NCBI RefSeq assembly: GCF_009834535.1 | Contig: NC_045697.1 | Location: forward strand, 87,050,001 to 87,114,000 | DNA: 64,000 bases | From: Camelus ferus | Lineage: Eukaryota | Reading direction: 5' to 3' | Shown here: in pieces, positions 53,579 through 64,000 of the stretch | How positions within the stretch are numbered: position 1 is the stretch's first letter | How the letters are laid out: each line of letters opens with the position of its first letter | Program-made: the position numbers and the translations under genes | The notes under the pieces: generated by a model | Databases searched by the model: none | The model's input: the letters and a program-made list of their open reading frames with translations, nothing else | What the model was told of the DNA's origin: nothing

Positions 53579-56164
53579 GTGGGGGGTTAAATTGTTTAAT
53601 TGCTACTCTCTCTTCCAGCTCCGCTACCATCCATTCTCCGTTTCCTACCCTTAGGAGAACATGAAAATGCATCTTAAAGTGTAGTTGATTTCTATTTGAG
53701 GTTGCTGGCAATATAATATAGGGAGATGAGAAATAATTAATTAGTGCATGTAATCACCAAATCATGGTGCACAGTAGAAGACTGCTTTCTTTAGTTTCTT
53801 GAGTATCAATAATTTTTATACCCATGTGTATTCGAAACCAGTCTTCTTTGGTTTCTACATTTTTTAATTGTACTAATCACTTTTACTAAACCAAGACAGT
53901 TATGTTTTCTTGCATATTAGTATCTCACTCTTTTGTGATCCAAGAAAACAGTTCCAGGTGCTACCATGACTGCTTTCTGAACTTTCTTAGGATTACTTAA
54001 AAATATATTTATTACCACTTCGGAATATGAAACCTTTCATAACTTTACAGTTTCACTTTTGTCTTTTTTCATGGTGAGAAAATGATAAAAAGATTCTTTG
54101 AAAGGTTTATCTTGGACACTCTTCATGTAAAATAACCAACCATGTATTATTAACTTACATGCGCCTTTTCATTAAGTTTTTAATTATTTTACGTCACACA
54201 CACAAAAGATAAGAGATGTTAAGAAATTCTCTTAATAAATTGAGTTCATACTTGCTGAGAGATGATTACATATCCTACTTACAAATTTTTATTTAATATA
54301 GATTTTTATTCAGTATACAATTTAGTGTTGTTTGACAGTATTATCCAATTTTTGAATCTGGGTGGAGGGTATATTTAATGAACAATGGGTGTTCATTTTA
54401 CCATTCTTTTAACTCTTCTATATGTTTAAAAATTATGAAAAAAAATTGGGAATGTGAAAAAGTAATTTTCTCTGCATTTTCATTGGTGCTTTTATCTTGG
54501 ATTGATTAATGCTTATGAGAAGAGCTAAAGTAGCTATGTCATATATCATAGTAGCTTATGTAGGAGGAAATCAAGTCAGAGAAGTTAGGAATTCACATTG
54601 TATTCTTTCTATTTTTATCTTCCTACGAAGAAAAAGTTGTCTTTTGTTTCCAACGTAGATGTTTGTTGTCTGAAGGAGTTAAGTGTTATAATTGGATTTG
54701 AATTTTTTGAAACAGTGTCTTACACATTGGGAAAGTGATCAGAAATAAAAATAGACACTGTAATTTTTAATTTTCTAGCCTGTTGGGAAACACAAACATT
54801 TTGGATGTACTGAAAAGAGAAACTCCCTAACACTTTTTGCAATGGTAATTACCTTTAATTCACAAGATAAAGAATTTTAAAACTTTAAACATTTCTTTCC
54901 CTGAGTTTATGAAAGAACCCTTTAGCTTCCCCTGTGCATCTTTTCTAAACAGTGATTACAAGATTTATATTCTACTCAGAGTTAAGACTTCTCCTTGGCT
55001 TGTGTGGCCTCTTAATATCCTTTGGCATCTGTATGTGTTTTTGTGCAGACTGTAGCACTTGACATATGCTTAAGTTTAGTTTGTCATCTGGGTCAATTAC
55101 GTCAAAATATTTTCCAGTTGAAATTTCCTCTCTGCTTCTCTCTTGTTTTTTGTCTGGTGTGCTACAATAGATTAATTACCCTTGTATAGCTGGGCTGCTT
55201 TACTTTATGAAGAAGTGTTACTGATTCTGGAAGAAGGGTGGTTAGACCTCTGACAGGGATTTTCAGCAAGTCCTTTATTAGCTGTATTGGTGAGTATAAG
55301 AATGTATGAGCTTAGTATATCTTTGATTTAGGGGGAAATTTTCTTCTAATACTTGTCTCAGAGAGGAATTGTATAAAATACAGCCAAAAAACAAAACAAA
55401 AACCGAACAAAGCAAAATACATCCTGTATTCAGGAAAAACGTGTATTCAAAGCAGTGTACAAGTCAAAGTAATTACTATTGTTCATTTAATTAGATCCTC
55501 TACTGTTCTGTTATCAAAAGTACAAAATAATCTGAACTTGGTAAGTTCCACGTTCATCTTTAAGCTTTTAAAAAATTATATAGGCTAGTCTGTAAATCAT
55601 AGAGCTTTCATTTTTCAAATATTGCATGGAAAACTGCATCGATACTTTTTTTATATACTGAATGCTTAAAGATTAGTTTCTAGGATTACAGATAAGTTAA
55701 TGATATTTAAGAAGGTGAGGTGACTTTTCCAAGTCCAAGTGATAGTGGTAAAACTGAAATTTGATCTCAGGACTTTTTAACTCCAGAGTCTGAGCACTGA
55801 ACTACTGTATTATACGGTCTTCTATTTCCCTCCCCCTCACCCCAAGTAAATTTAGTATCTAGTGCTTTTTTCATTAATTACACCAAGTTACTGGAGAAGG
55901 TAGTTCAGGCAGGTTCAGAGAAGCGGAAAGATGTTTCTGGAACCTAGTTTAAAAATAATTTTGTTTCTCTACGACAAAGAAAACAGAAAAATAGCGTGGC
56001 TGTTGGTTGGAAGTTGGTTGAGAGAATAAGAAAGGGTAATCACTGTCAAAGAAACAGGAACCTGACGTATTAAATGGAAGTGCATGGAAAAAGACTAGTG
56101 GTTGAATACTGTGGAGCTTGAAGTTTACCTATTAGTATATAATTTGTGCCCTTGAGATTGAGTA

Positions 56165-56320
56165 TGTTACAATGAATAAAGCACTAAGCTAGGAATCAGA
56201 TAGCTTTGGTTTGATTTCTAATAATAGCACTTTTTAGCTCTGTAACTCTAAACAAGTTCTCTAAGACTTAGTTTTTTCATCTGTATAGGCTTTTTGAGAG
56301 GATTATATTTTAAAGGATTA
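56165..56320 (+). mobile_element. MIR fragment
   Basis: aagcactaagctaggaatcaga...acttagttttttcatctgta. Confidence 0.6.
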
Positions 56321-56339
56321 TATTATATTAAAAACGTAA

Positions 56340-57010
56340 GTGATAAAGTGTTGGAGAGCATAACTACTTAACTCCCTAAGTGTAGGCTGCATTCCACAGG
56401 GTGCAATGCAGAAAGGAGGGAGGGGCAGGGTTTCTTTGTAGTGGAGAAACCTGACAGACACTACCTCAGCGAGGTCATCAAGGTTAACATCATCAGTGAT
56501 CAGTCCTGTTGTTAGTGTGTACTGTGTGTACCCTTGTATGACGTGATGAGAATGGCACTTTATTTCCGGGGTCTTCCTCCCACACACTCATAATCCATGG
56601 CGAAGTATGTGAAATCATCAGGGAAACCCAAATTGGAGTAAAATACCTTGACCAGTACTCCTGAAGCTGTCAAGGTCATCAAAAATAAGGGCAATCTGAG
56701 AAACAGTCACAGTCAAGAGGAGCCCAGTGAGACAGGCTAAGTATACTGTTATGGTTTCCTGGATAAGATCCTGGAACAGGAAAAGGTCATTAGGTAAAAA
56801 CTAAGAAATCTGAAAAAACTGTGGACTTTGGTTAATAATAGTATATTAATATTGGTTTATTAATTGTAACAAATGTACCATATTAAAATATGATAAGAAT
56901 AGGGGAAACTGAGTATGTATTGGGGGTAGGGGTGGGTATATGGGGATGTATTTGTACTCTATGCTCATTTCTTCTGTAAACCTTCAACTTCACCAAGAAG
57001 AAAACAAGTC
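56340..57010 (+). mobile_element. L1MC/L1MD 3' UTR
   Basis: gtggagaaacctgacagacactacctcagc...gtcaaggtcatcaaaa...ttgtaacaaatgtacca. Confidence 0.75.
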
Positions 57011-57067
57011 TACTAATTATATAAGAGTTTTAAGGATGATATCACAGACGGGGGCATATTATGTCCA

Positions 57068-57140
57068 GATTCAGTGAATGTAACTGAAGTTAAAAAAGAT
57101 AGCGATTCAGTGAATGTAACTGAAGTTAAAAAAGATCAGC
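57068..57140. repeat. Tandem duplication, 33 identical bp x2 with a 36-bp period
   Basis: gattcagtgaatgtaactgaagttaaaaaagat at 57068-57100 and 57104-57136. Confidence 0.95.
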
Positions 57141-58339
57141 TCAGAGTTACTGCACTATACGGGATGACTGGATGCAGGGAAGGAGAAGAATCATGGGGGA
57201 ATTGTCAGTTCCTTTGGTGAGGGCTTCGGAGGAAGACCTTCTTTCCTATTTATCATCCTGCTGTTCATGATGATAGTGGAAAGTTACTGAGAAAAGCCCT
57301 GGGACAAAGTTGGCTAGAGAAATTGGGTTTAGGACTGCCCTGAGCTTCCCTGTTTCTCTGCAGTTCTCAGTTGAAGGCTATAAAGGTATATGTTGGTTCT
57401 GGCCCCAGACCCAGACCCCAACATTATAAAGAATACTTTCTTTCAGTGTTTTGGTTATTTTTTTTCTTTCACCTTGGGTACAGCTTCTAATTTAGAGTCT
57501 CACCAGGACCTATGTCCAGTTTTCATGTCTTTTGTGAACCCTAACTTTTTATTCTCCTTCTATAGATTTATTGCCATGTGGGGTCATCTATAGCCTGAAA
57601 CTTTTTGAGTTTCTGTTTAATTTCCCTTAGAGTTTTTTTTTTTTTCAGCTTAAAAAAATCCCTTTACTTTTTCAAATAGTGCTGTCCTATGTGCCCCATA
57701 CTCTTAAGTTGATGGTTATTAGCATCAGTATTAAGTAAAGATAAAAACTTAGTTTTATCACTGTTTGAATGGCTATTAGGTAATAACTAATAGCGATCTA
57801 TTATTCTTAGGACAAATAGAATACTTACTGTGCCATTGTCAGTATCACAAGTTATATAGAAGTTAGATTGGATTTACTTAAATTTGGCATTATTTGTGCA
57901 CAATATAAACTGACATGTTAAAATTGCACATCATATGTTAAAACTGTATGTTAATATTTTTGAGTTGGGCTTCTGTCAGATAAAACTGCTATATAAAAAT
58001 GATATCTTGACATAAAAGTATTCTATAAAATACTTTTTTGTATTTTTGGGTAAAAGTAAAAAATAACAATATACATAACAAATAATAAAATGTTTAGCAT
58101 TTGGAATCCAGGAAGACCTAGAGAAATTTAGAAAGAGAACAATGCTTTTAGACTTCTAAGAAGTTTACTTAATAATAGAACATTCTGTTGTTGGGTTGGC
58201 TTAAATTTTTATTCATGGATTCCAGCTGAGAGAGATCAGTTGTTTTTTCCTTCTTTGAAATCTCTTTTGAATGAAGTTTAACTGGAGTTGAAATAAATAT
58301 TACAATTTCATTTCTGTAGCACTTTAAATATATTTGTAA

Positions 58340-58800
58340 ATGTTTTACTATTGCAACAAGGATTCAAATATGTATTAAGCACCTTCTACACCCGAGGCAC
58401 TGTACATAGTAAACAAAGATACATTAGATAGGTTCCTTGCTATCTACCGACTCATAATTTAGTGAGAGAGACATTTGACCAAACAAGGGATGTAATGAAA
58501 TGGGTAGCATTTATAATCTTGATGGTTAATTTTATGTGAGAAATGAGAAAGAAAGGGAGAAATCAAAGATGAATAAAATGTTTACTTTTGATGACTGGCA
58601 GGTGGAAATACCCTAACTCTAGGAAGAGTTAGCATGTGAAAAGGAAGTAATTGGGATTTAGTTATGTGGAGTTTGAAATGCCTTTGGAAGATACGGCAGA
58701 TGTGTCCATAATATGTTGAATATGGGTTTGTAGCTCAAGAGAATGGTCATTTCTAGAGATGAAAACATGGTAGTTGAGACTTCGTGTTTAAAATGCTGCA
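58340..58800 (-). mobile_element. L2 fragments
   Basis: tattaagcaccttcta...ggcactgt; gagtttgaaatgcctttgg...gttgaatatg. Confidence 0.5.
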
Positions 58801-60379
58801 CAGTAGTCAGTAAAGGAGATTGAGAGTAACAGGAGTGGTCAGTAATAATATCAGAGATTCTCTTCACTTAATATGAGGGCATGTACACGTGTACACGTTA
58901 CAGTTGGCTTCCTCATAGTCAGCATGGTCCCCACAGTGTAAGTTCTGAAGAAATGTGTCATTTTCTTTTCCTGAATGAATGAATTGTGGGGGAGGTTTGC
59001 ATTATACTTTCTGAGAAAACAGCTTGAATTCTGTTTCCTTCCCTGCCAGCCCCTCTCACTTTTTAGGGTTTACTTGCCCATGGCATTTCTTGCCTAGCAC
59101 TTAATGCCTGTTTCAGACTCTTTGAAGTGCTCTCTCAAAATGGCCTTCTCTATGTGCTGATGCTGTACTTTTTATTAATTTTCAAGATCCTTTACTCACA
59201 TTGCACATATGTAATTCTATCTCATGTGAGTTTGGGTTTTTATGAGCATATTCCATAACATTTAACCATAGTTAACACTTGGGTTAACTTGCCTTCCCTA
59301 GACATTTTGGAACTTATAAAAACTTGATTTGAATTATAATAGCCAAAAGCAACAGGCAGGTGTCAGACACATTTAAAAAGCTCTGGGGAAGATTGGAAAA
59401 AACCAGTAGTGATTAAAGAGGCAGAACTGCAAGAGCATGAGTTATACATATTATACGTGAATTTGTGACTGGTGTAGTGTAAAATACTGAAATACAGTAA
59501 CAGATAAGTCAGCTTTAGTTTTTACTAGATTATTAGAACAGTTGGACAAATTTTTACATGTATCTATGTTGTTTTTGTTGTTTTATAAACTTGAACTCAT
59601 GAAATCTTGGCATGGAAACATTAAAAATAACAGTACCCCTAGAGAAGCCAATTCATGGCATTCAGCTTACTTTTGATAGTTTTTCTTGGTCACCGTTATC
59701 AATAAAGGTGAAATGTGGCAGAACTAGCATAACATAGTTATTTGGTAAGTAAAATTGGAAGAAAATAACCTTATCTAGTTTCATCAGCCTTGTCTATTCT
59801 AGGGATTTATGTATTTTTAAAGAGTTAAGTAAGTTATGAGCAAATGTGGGACCCATAGACCATACTATGTGTACCTAACCCTTATAGTTCAATATTAATG
59901 GTCTGTTATTTATAATGGGTATCGAAAATTCTTATTTTTAAATTAACCCATGCTAGCAGCTATTTATTCAGAGTTAGACTTTCCCTTCCACTTGATCTGT
60001 TCCCACAAATACATTTGAATTTGAATTGTTGGTTCCGTGTATATTCTTAAGGGGACATTTCCCTTTTTTAAACTTTTTTTTTTTGAACTTGGAGAAAACA
60101 GAAGGCATCATAGTTTTTTGAAAGCATAGTATCCCAGAAACCCAAATCCTGCATTCTTAGCATCATTTCTGCCATTTAACTTTTCTAGGACTTTCGGCAT
60201 TTCACTTTGTGCTTTGTTTTCCTCAGCTTTTAAGTGAGGTAGGTTAAAGTAAATGGCTTCTAAAGCCCTTCCACTAATAACATCCTACAAGTTGCTCACA
60301 TAATGCTTATATTCTAGTCTGTTGCTTATTCTTTTGCCTGCTGGTGGCTGAACATTTGGGACATTTCCTCTAATTGTCA

Positions 60380-60565
60380 GGTGTAATGGTTAAGAGACTT
60401 GACTCCCAGTTCTACCATTTACTAATCTGTGTCTTTGCAAATTACTTAACTTCTTTTTTTTAAACTTCATTTTTTTTCATCTAGAGTTACTGTAATGATA
60501 GTATTCACCTCGGAGGACTGTTATAAGCAATAAAGGGGATAGTACCTGTCAAGCATTTAGCAAGA
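60380..60565 (+). mobile_element. MIR fragment
   Basis: gtgtaatggttaagag...tcccagttctaccatttact...ttacttaactt. Confidence 0.6.
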
Positions 60566-61841
60566 TTTCCTTAGCTGATGCTAATTTCTGCTTCTGTTTT
60601 TCATAATTGGATGTATATTTAACCTCAAATAGAACAAAAAAGTATAGCAGCATAGCTTATGATCCCTTAAGTTTTTTGTTAGTGTTAGAATAAAATGTAG
60701 TATATATCTTTAAACTGAACTTAATCTTTTGCAGCTGGTTGTATCAGAATATAGTGATTTTTTTGGTCGGGAGCAATTTGAACTTCAAACTCAGAATAAC
60801 TTTCTTTGGTGATGGTATTGCCTTGACTTCATATAGAATTTTGGCTTCATGTACTGTGTCGGTTCAGCTACTGGGGTTGCATTTTTAGGCCAGTCATCTA
60901 GGTAGGATTCCTCAGCTGTAGTTCTGTACAAAACCACTTGTTCCCTGGAGACCTTACAGAACTTTTGATTACTGCTATGACTTAGAAGTAATATTGACTT
61001 GAATTAGTCTAACCCAGATTTTCTTCACAATGCTAAATTCTTAGGTTAGATTTTGAAATCGATTTGATTTTTTTGTTTGTTTATTTTGTTTCTGGAGAGA
61101 AAGCATTGTTTCTTATCCACAGGTTTTCTGTAGCCCACCTCTACGTGGTAGTAGAATGGCCCTTCACTGGTTGAGGCTTTAGGCCACATTTTCACATTTT
61201 CAGCAAAATACTGTCTGTTTGCCTATACATCGGTTATTTAAAACATATTAACCTTTCTGTTATCAGTAGCACGATATTGATATTGTATTCTCAGATCATG
61301 AAATGATCATAACCTTGTACTTTCCAAAATTAATATTCAGGTTGTCTTCTTTTTTAGAGTCAGCTCTATGGAGAACTGTAATCATTTCTCCAGATTCTCT
61401 AACTGCTTCCTTTCAGTTAAGCCAGATAATGAGAAGGCAGTGTATATACATTGAATATATTGCCTATTTAAATGACTGTCTTCAATAGATTACTATTTCA
61501 TGTCACGCCCTTGACTTTTATGGAGAGTTGCAATAAGAATAATAACAGTAATACAGAGTTTGCATGATAATAATTACAATAAAATTAACTGGTACACTAA
61601 CAGTTTCCTTTCTGATTATTTTCAGGTCACACTTGTCTATTAGTCACTCTAAACTGAATAAAATTATGCATAAAATTTTCTTATCCCTTCCTCACTCTCC
61701 CCACTCCAACAAAAACTTATTCTCCTGATTGTCGAAAGCTTGATTTATTTAATGAGCCCTGATTATTTTGTTGTTTACTTTCTTAAGTCTTTGTTCATAG
61801 CCCCCTTGGAGTAAAAGTGTAATTTATATAATATGAGTGGG

Positions 61842-61985
61842 GCAGACCTTGTTTTGCACTGTAGTGCAGGACTCTAAAAATGTTCATGCAAGGTGAAACC
61901 ATACAAAATGATCTTAATAATCAATGGGAAAATTGTAACTATTCCATGACCTTTAAACATTTGTCAAAACATTAAGAACTCTCTA
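61842..61985. mobile_element. Tigger-family (Tigger6-like) terminal fragment
   Basis: ttgcactgtagtgcaggac...gaaaccatacaaaatgatcttaataatcaatgggaaaa resembles a Tigger end (recall). Confidence 0.5.
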
Positions 61986-62489
61986 GAAGTATATAAGGCA
62001 GTGGGTTTTGGCTCTATAATAGCTTTCTTTCTTGTCTACCTGCTTCCAAACTGTCTTTGTTACCCCAGCCCTTCATTTGCACTTGATGTATAGTACTCCA
62101 TTTTATGAGAACACTATAATTTATTTACCCATTTTATATTAATGAATTTTTAGATTTTTCCAAGTTTAGTTTTTTTGTTGTTGTAAAGAATGCGTCAGTA
62201 ATATTTTTGTACGTCCCCTTGTGTGTATGTACAAGAGTTTCTCTAGGATATATATATACCTAGAGGTAGAAGTTTGTCATTGGGCATGAATAACTTAAAC
62301 ATGACTAGATGTTTTGAAATTGGTTTTTTAAGTGCCATTGATTTTTTCCCTTAATATTTTGATCAATTTTAAAAAATATTTTGCAGTCCAGGTTTTTCAC
62401 TTAGTAATCATGTCATTGATATTTTTGGTGACTTTTGATCTCATTCAATAAAAATGAACTGTTTCAAATTGTGTGAGATTATTCTAGAT

Positions 62490-62670
62490 CAAGGGTCAGC
62501 AGACTATAGCTTTTGGGCCAAAGCCAGCCTGCAGTTTATTTTAACCTAGCCCTCTGGTTAAGAATGAACTTTATATTTTTAATAGGATGTTTGAAAGAAA
62601 GTGAATAATATGTGATACAGGCTGTCTGTGGCCTACAGTGCATAAAATATTTACTGTTTGGCCCTTCACA
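62490..62670. mobile_element. MER58A-like hAT-Charlie element
   Basis: ttctagat target, then caagggtcagcagactatagc...aaaatatttactgtttggcccttcaca. Confidence 0.75.
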
Positions 62671-63809
62671 TTTTATCTTCTGCAGTCCCACAATACTTGG
62701 AAAATGCCTTCAGGTTTATATATCTCACTGATAGCTAAGAGTGTCAATTTTGTGTTCCTGTTATACAGTCTAACCTGTGTCTAAAAACAAACTTGTAAAA
62801 TTGATTTGGTATTAAGTTGTTACTATTTCCTCAATATACTTTAAAATGAGAACATTGTGTCTCAGCATAACTAGTGTTTCATTGTTTGTCTATATTCACA
62901 TTAATGCCATCTGAGGCTGTATTATTTAAGAAATTAAGATAATCAAATCACCAGTGATGAGATTAGAGTGATGAGACTTCTCTGTAGTATCTTTGGGAAA
63001 TTAAGCTTAAAAACCATTCTATTGTGTAAGCATGATTGCTTACAGACAGTTTAAGTACCAATGCACGAACAATTGATATACTAATTGTAAATAATGTTAG
63101 TCCTCCAAAGCACTATCCCAAGCAAGTTTTCTTACTAACTTTGTTTGCTTACAGATAGTTTATGTATTCCCTGGTTGTTGGTAGATTTCAGTCAGATGTA
63201 GAAGTATCTTTAAATGTTAGATGATATTTTATAATATGCCATAATTATGCTTCTCATGCATTTACCCCCTATTAGCCACAAATATTAATTTTTATTAGAT
63301 GTGTAATTATTACTCAGAAATAATTTGGAAAGATTATTTTTAAAGAAAAGAGGAAAACATAATAAGAAGAATATTTTGGGGGAGTGGGGAGCATTAGAAT
63401 TAATCTTATTAATGTTATATAAAATTTACTAATGCATTGTCTCGGGTTAATCAGAAAATCAGGCAGAAAGATAAAACTGACCCTCTCCTTACTTACGTAT
63501 TTCTGTGTTGATGCTATCAGATAACTCATCTTAATTGAATATGATGAATGTCAGTATCTTTGGAGCAACTGGATTTTTGTCAGACTAGACTTTGAGATAT
63601 TCTTCCTATCCTTTTTTCACTCTTACCTTGACTGTTCTACCCTGTTCCTCACATGCTCTGATCTACTTACTTGTTACCGTACTACCATATCTGTGTGCTT
63701 TTGACTCACTCATCGTGGAAGTAGTATAAAAAAAATTAGAAGATTGTTTGCCTTTCATCAGGCATGTCTGTAACTTTTATGCCATAATTTTTTGTCCTGG
63801 CCATCAATT

Positions 63810-64000
63810 TCTTTTTTTTTCTTTTTTTTTAATTGAAATACAGTCAATTACAACGTGTCTTTCTCTGATGTACAGCACAGTATCTCAGTCGTGCATATAC
63901 ATACATATATTCATTTTCTTTTTTTTCCATTAAAGGTTATTACAAGATATTGAACATAGTTCCCTGTGCTATACCAAAGAAACAATTTTTAAATCTATTT
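63810..64000 (-). mobile_element. Young L1 3' end (tail and 3' UTR), runs out of the window
   Basis: Poly-T, then aattgaaatacagtcaattacaa...gaacatagttccctgtgctata, paralleling the L1 3' UTRs at 22090, 29640 and 36625. Confidence 0.8.

Noticed and set aside
57068..57140. CRISPR-like repeat with internal palindrome
   Set aside because: Two adjacent copies with no spacer, in mammalian intron and with no cas genes.
58882..58895. 14-bp palindrome TGTACACGTGTACA containing CACGTG
   Set aside because: Explained by an 8-bp microduplication (gtacacgt x2); an isolated motif.

Overview
Mammalian genomic DNA, AT-rich and CpG-depleted, lying entirely inside the AAA+ ATPase gene AFG2A (SPATA5; homologue of yeast Afg2/Drg1) on the + strand. 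Five internal coding exons join in frame with matching phases: 1-44 (partial), 1550-1673, 3720-3975, 26319-26473 and 53369-53578. They encode the D1 Walker B/second region of homology, the D1-D2 linker and the D2 Walker A. The rest is intron, dense with L1 of several ages, L2, MIR, a near full-length Tigger1, MER5/MER58-type hAT elements and two solo LTRs. I saw no Alu, Bov-A/BovB, PRE1 or SINEC. That absence and the style of the young L1 3' ends suggest a camelid host (inference). I found no clearly new biological system. The best leads are a U12-like first intron donor, a short read-through stop after the Walker A exon, candidate recursive or cryptic splice sites, a GC-rich retrocopy-like insert with a fold-back hairpin, a twin-primed inverted L1, a MER5 stack sharing one target site, and a 27-bp apparently templated duplication. 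Repeat family names are from recall of consensus sequences and their boundaries are approximate.
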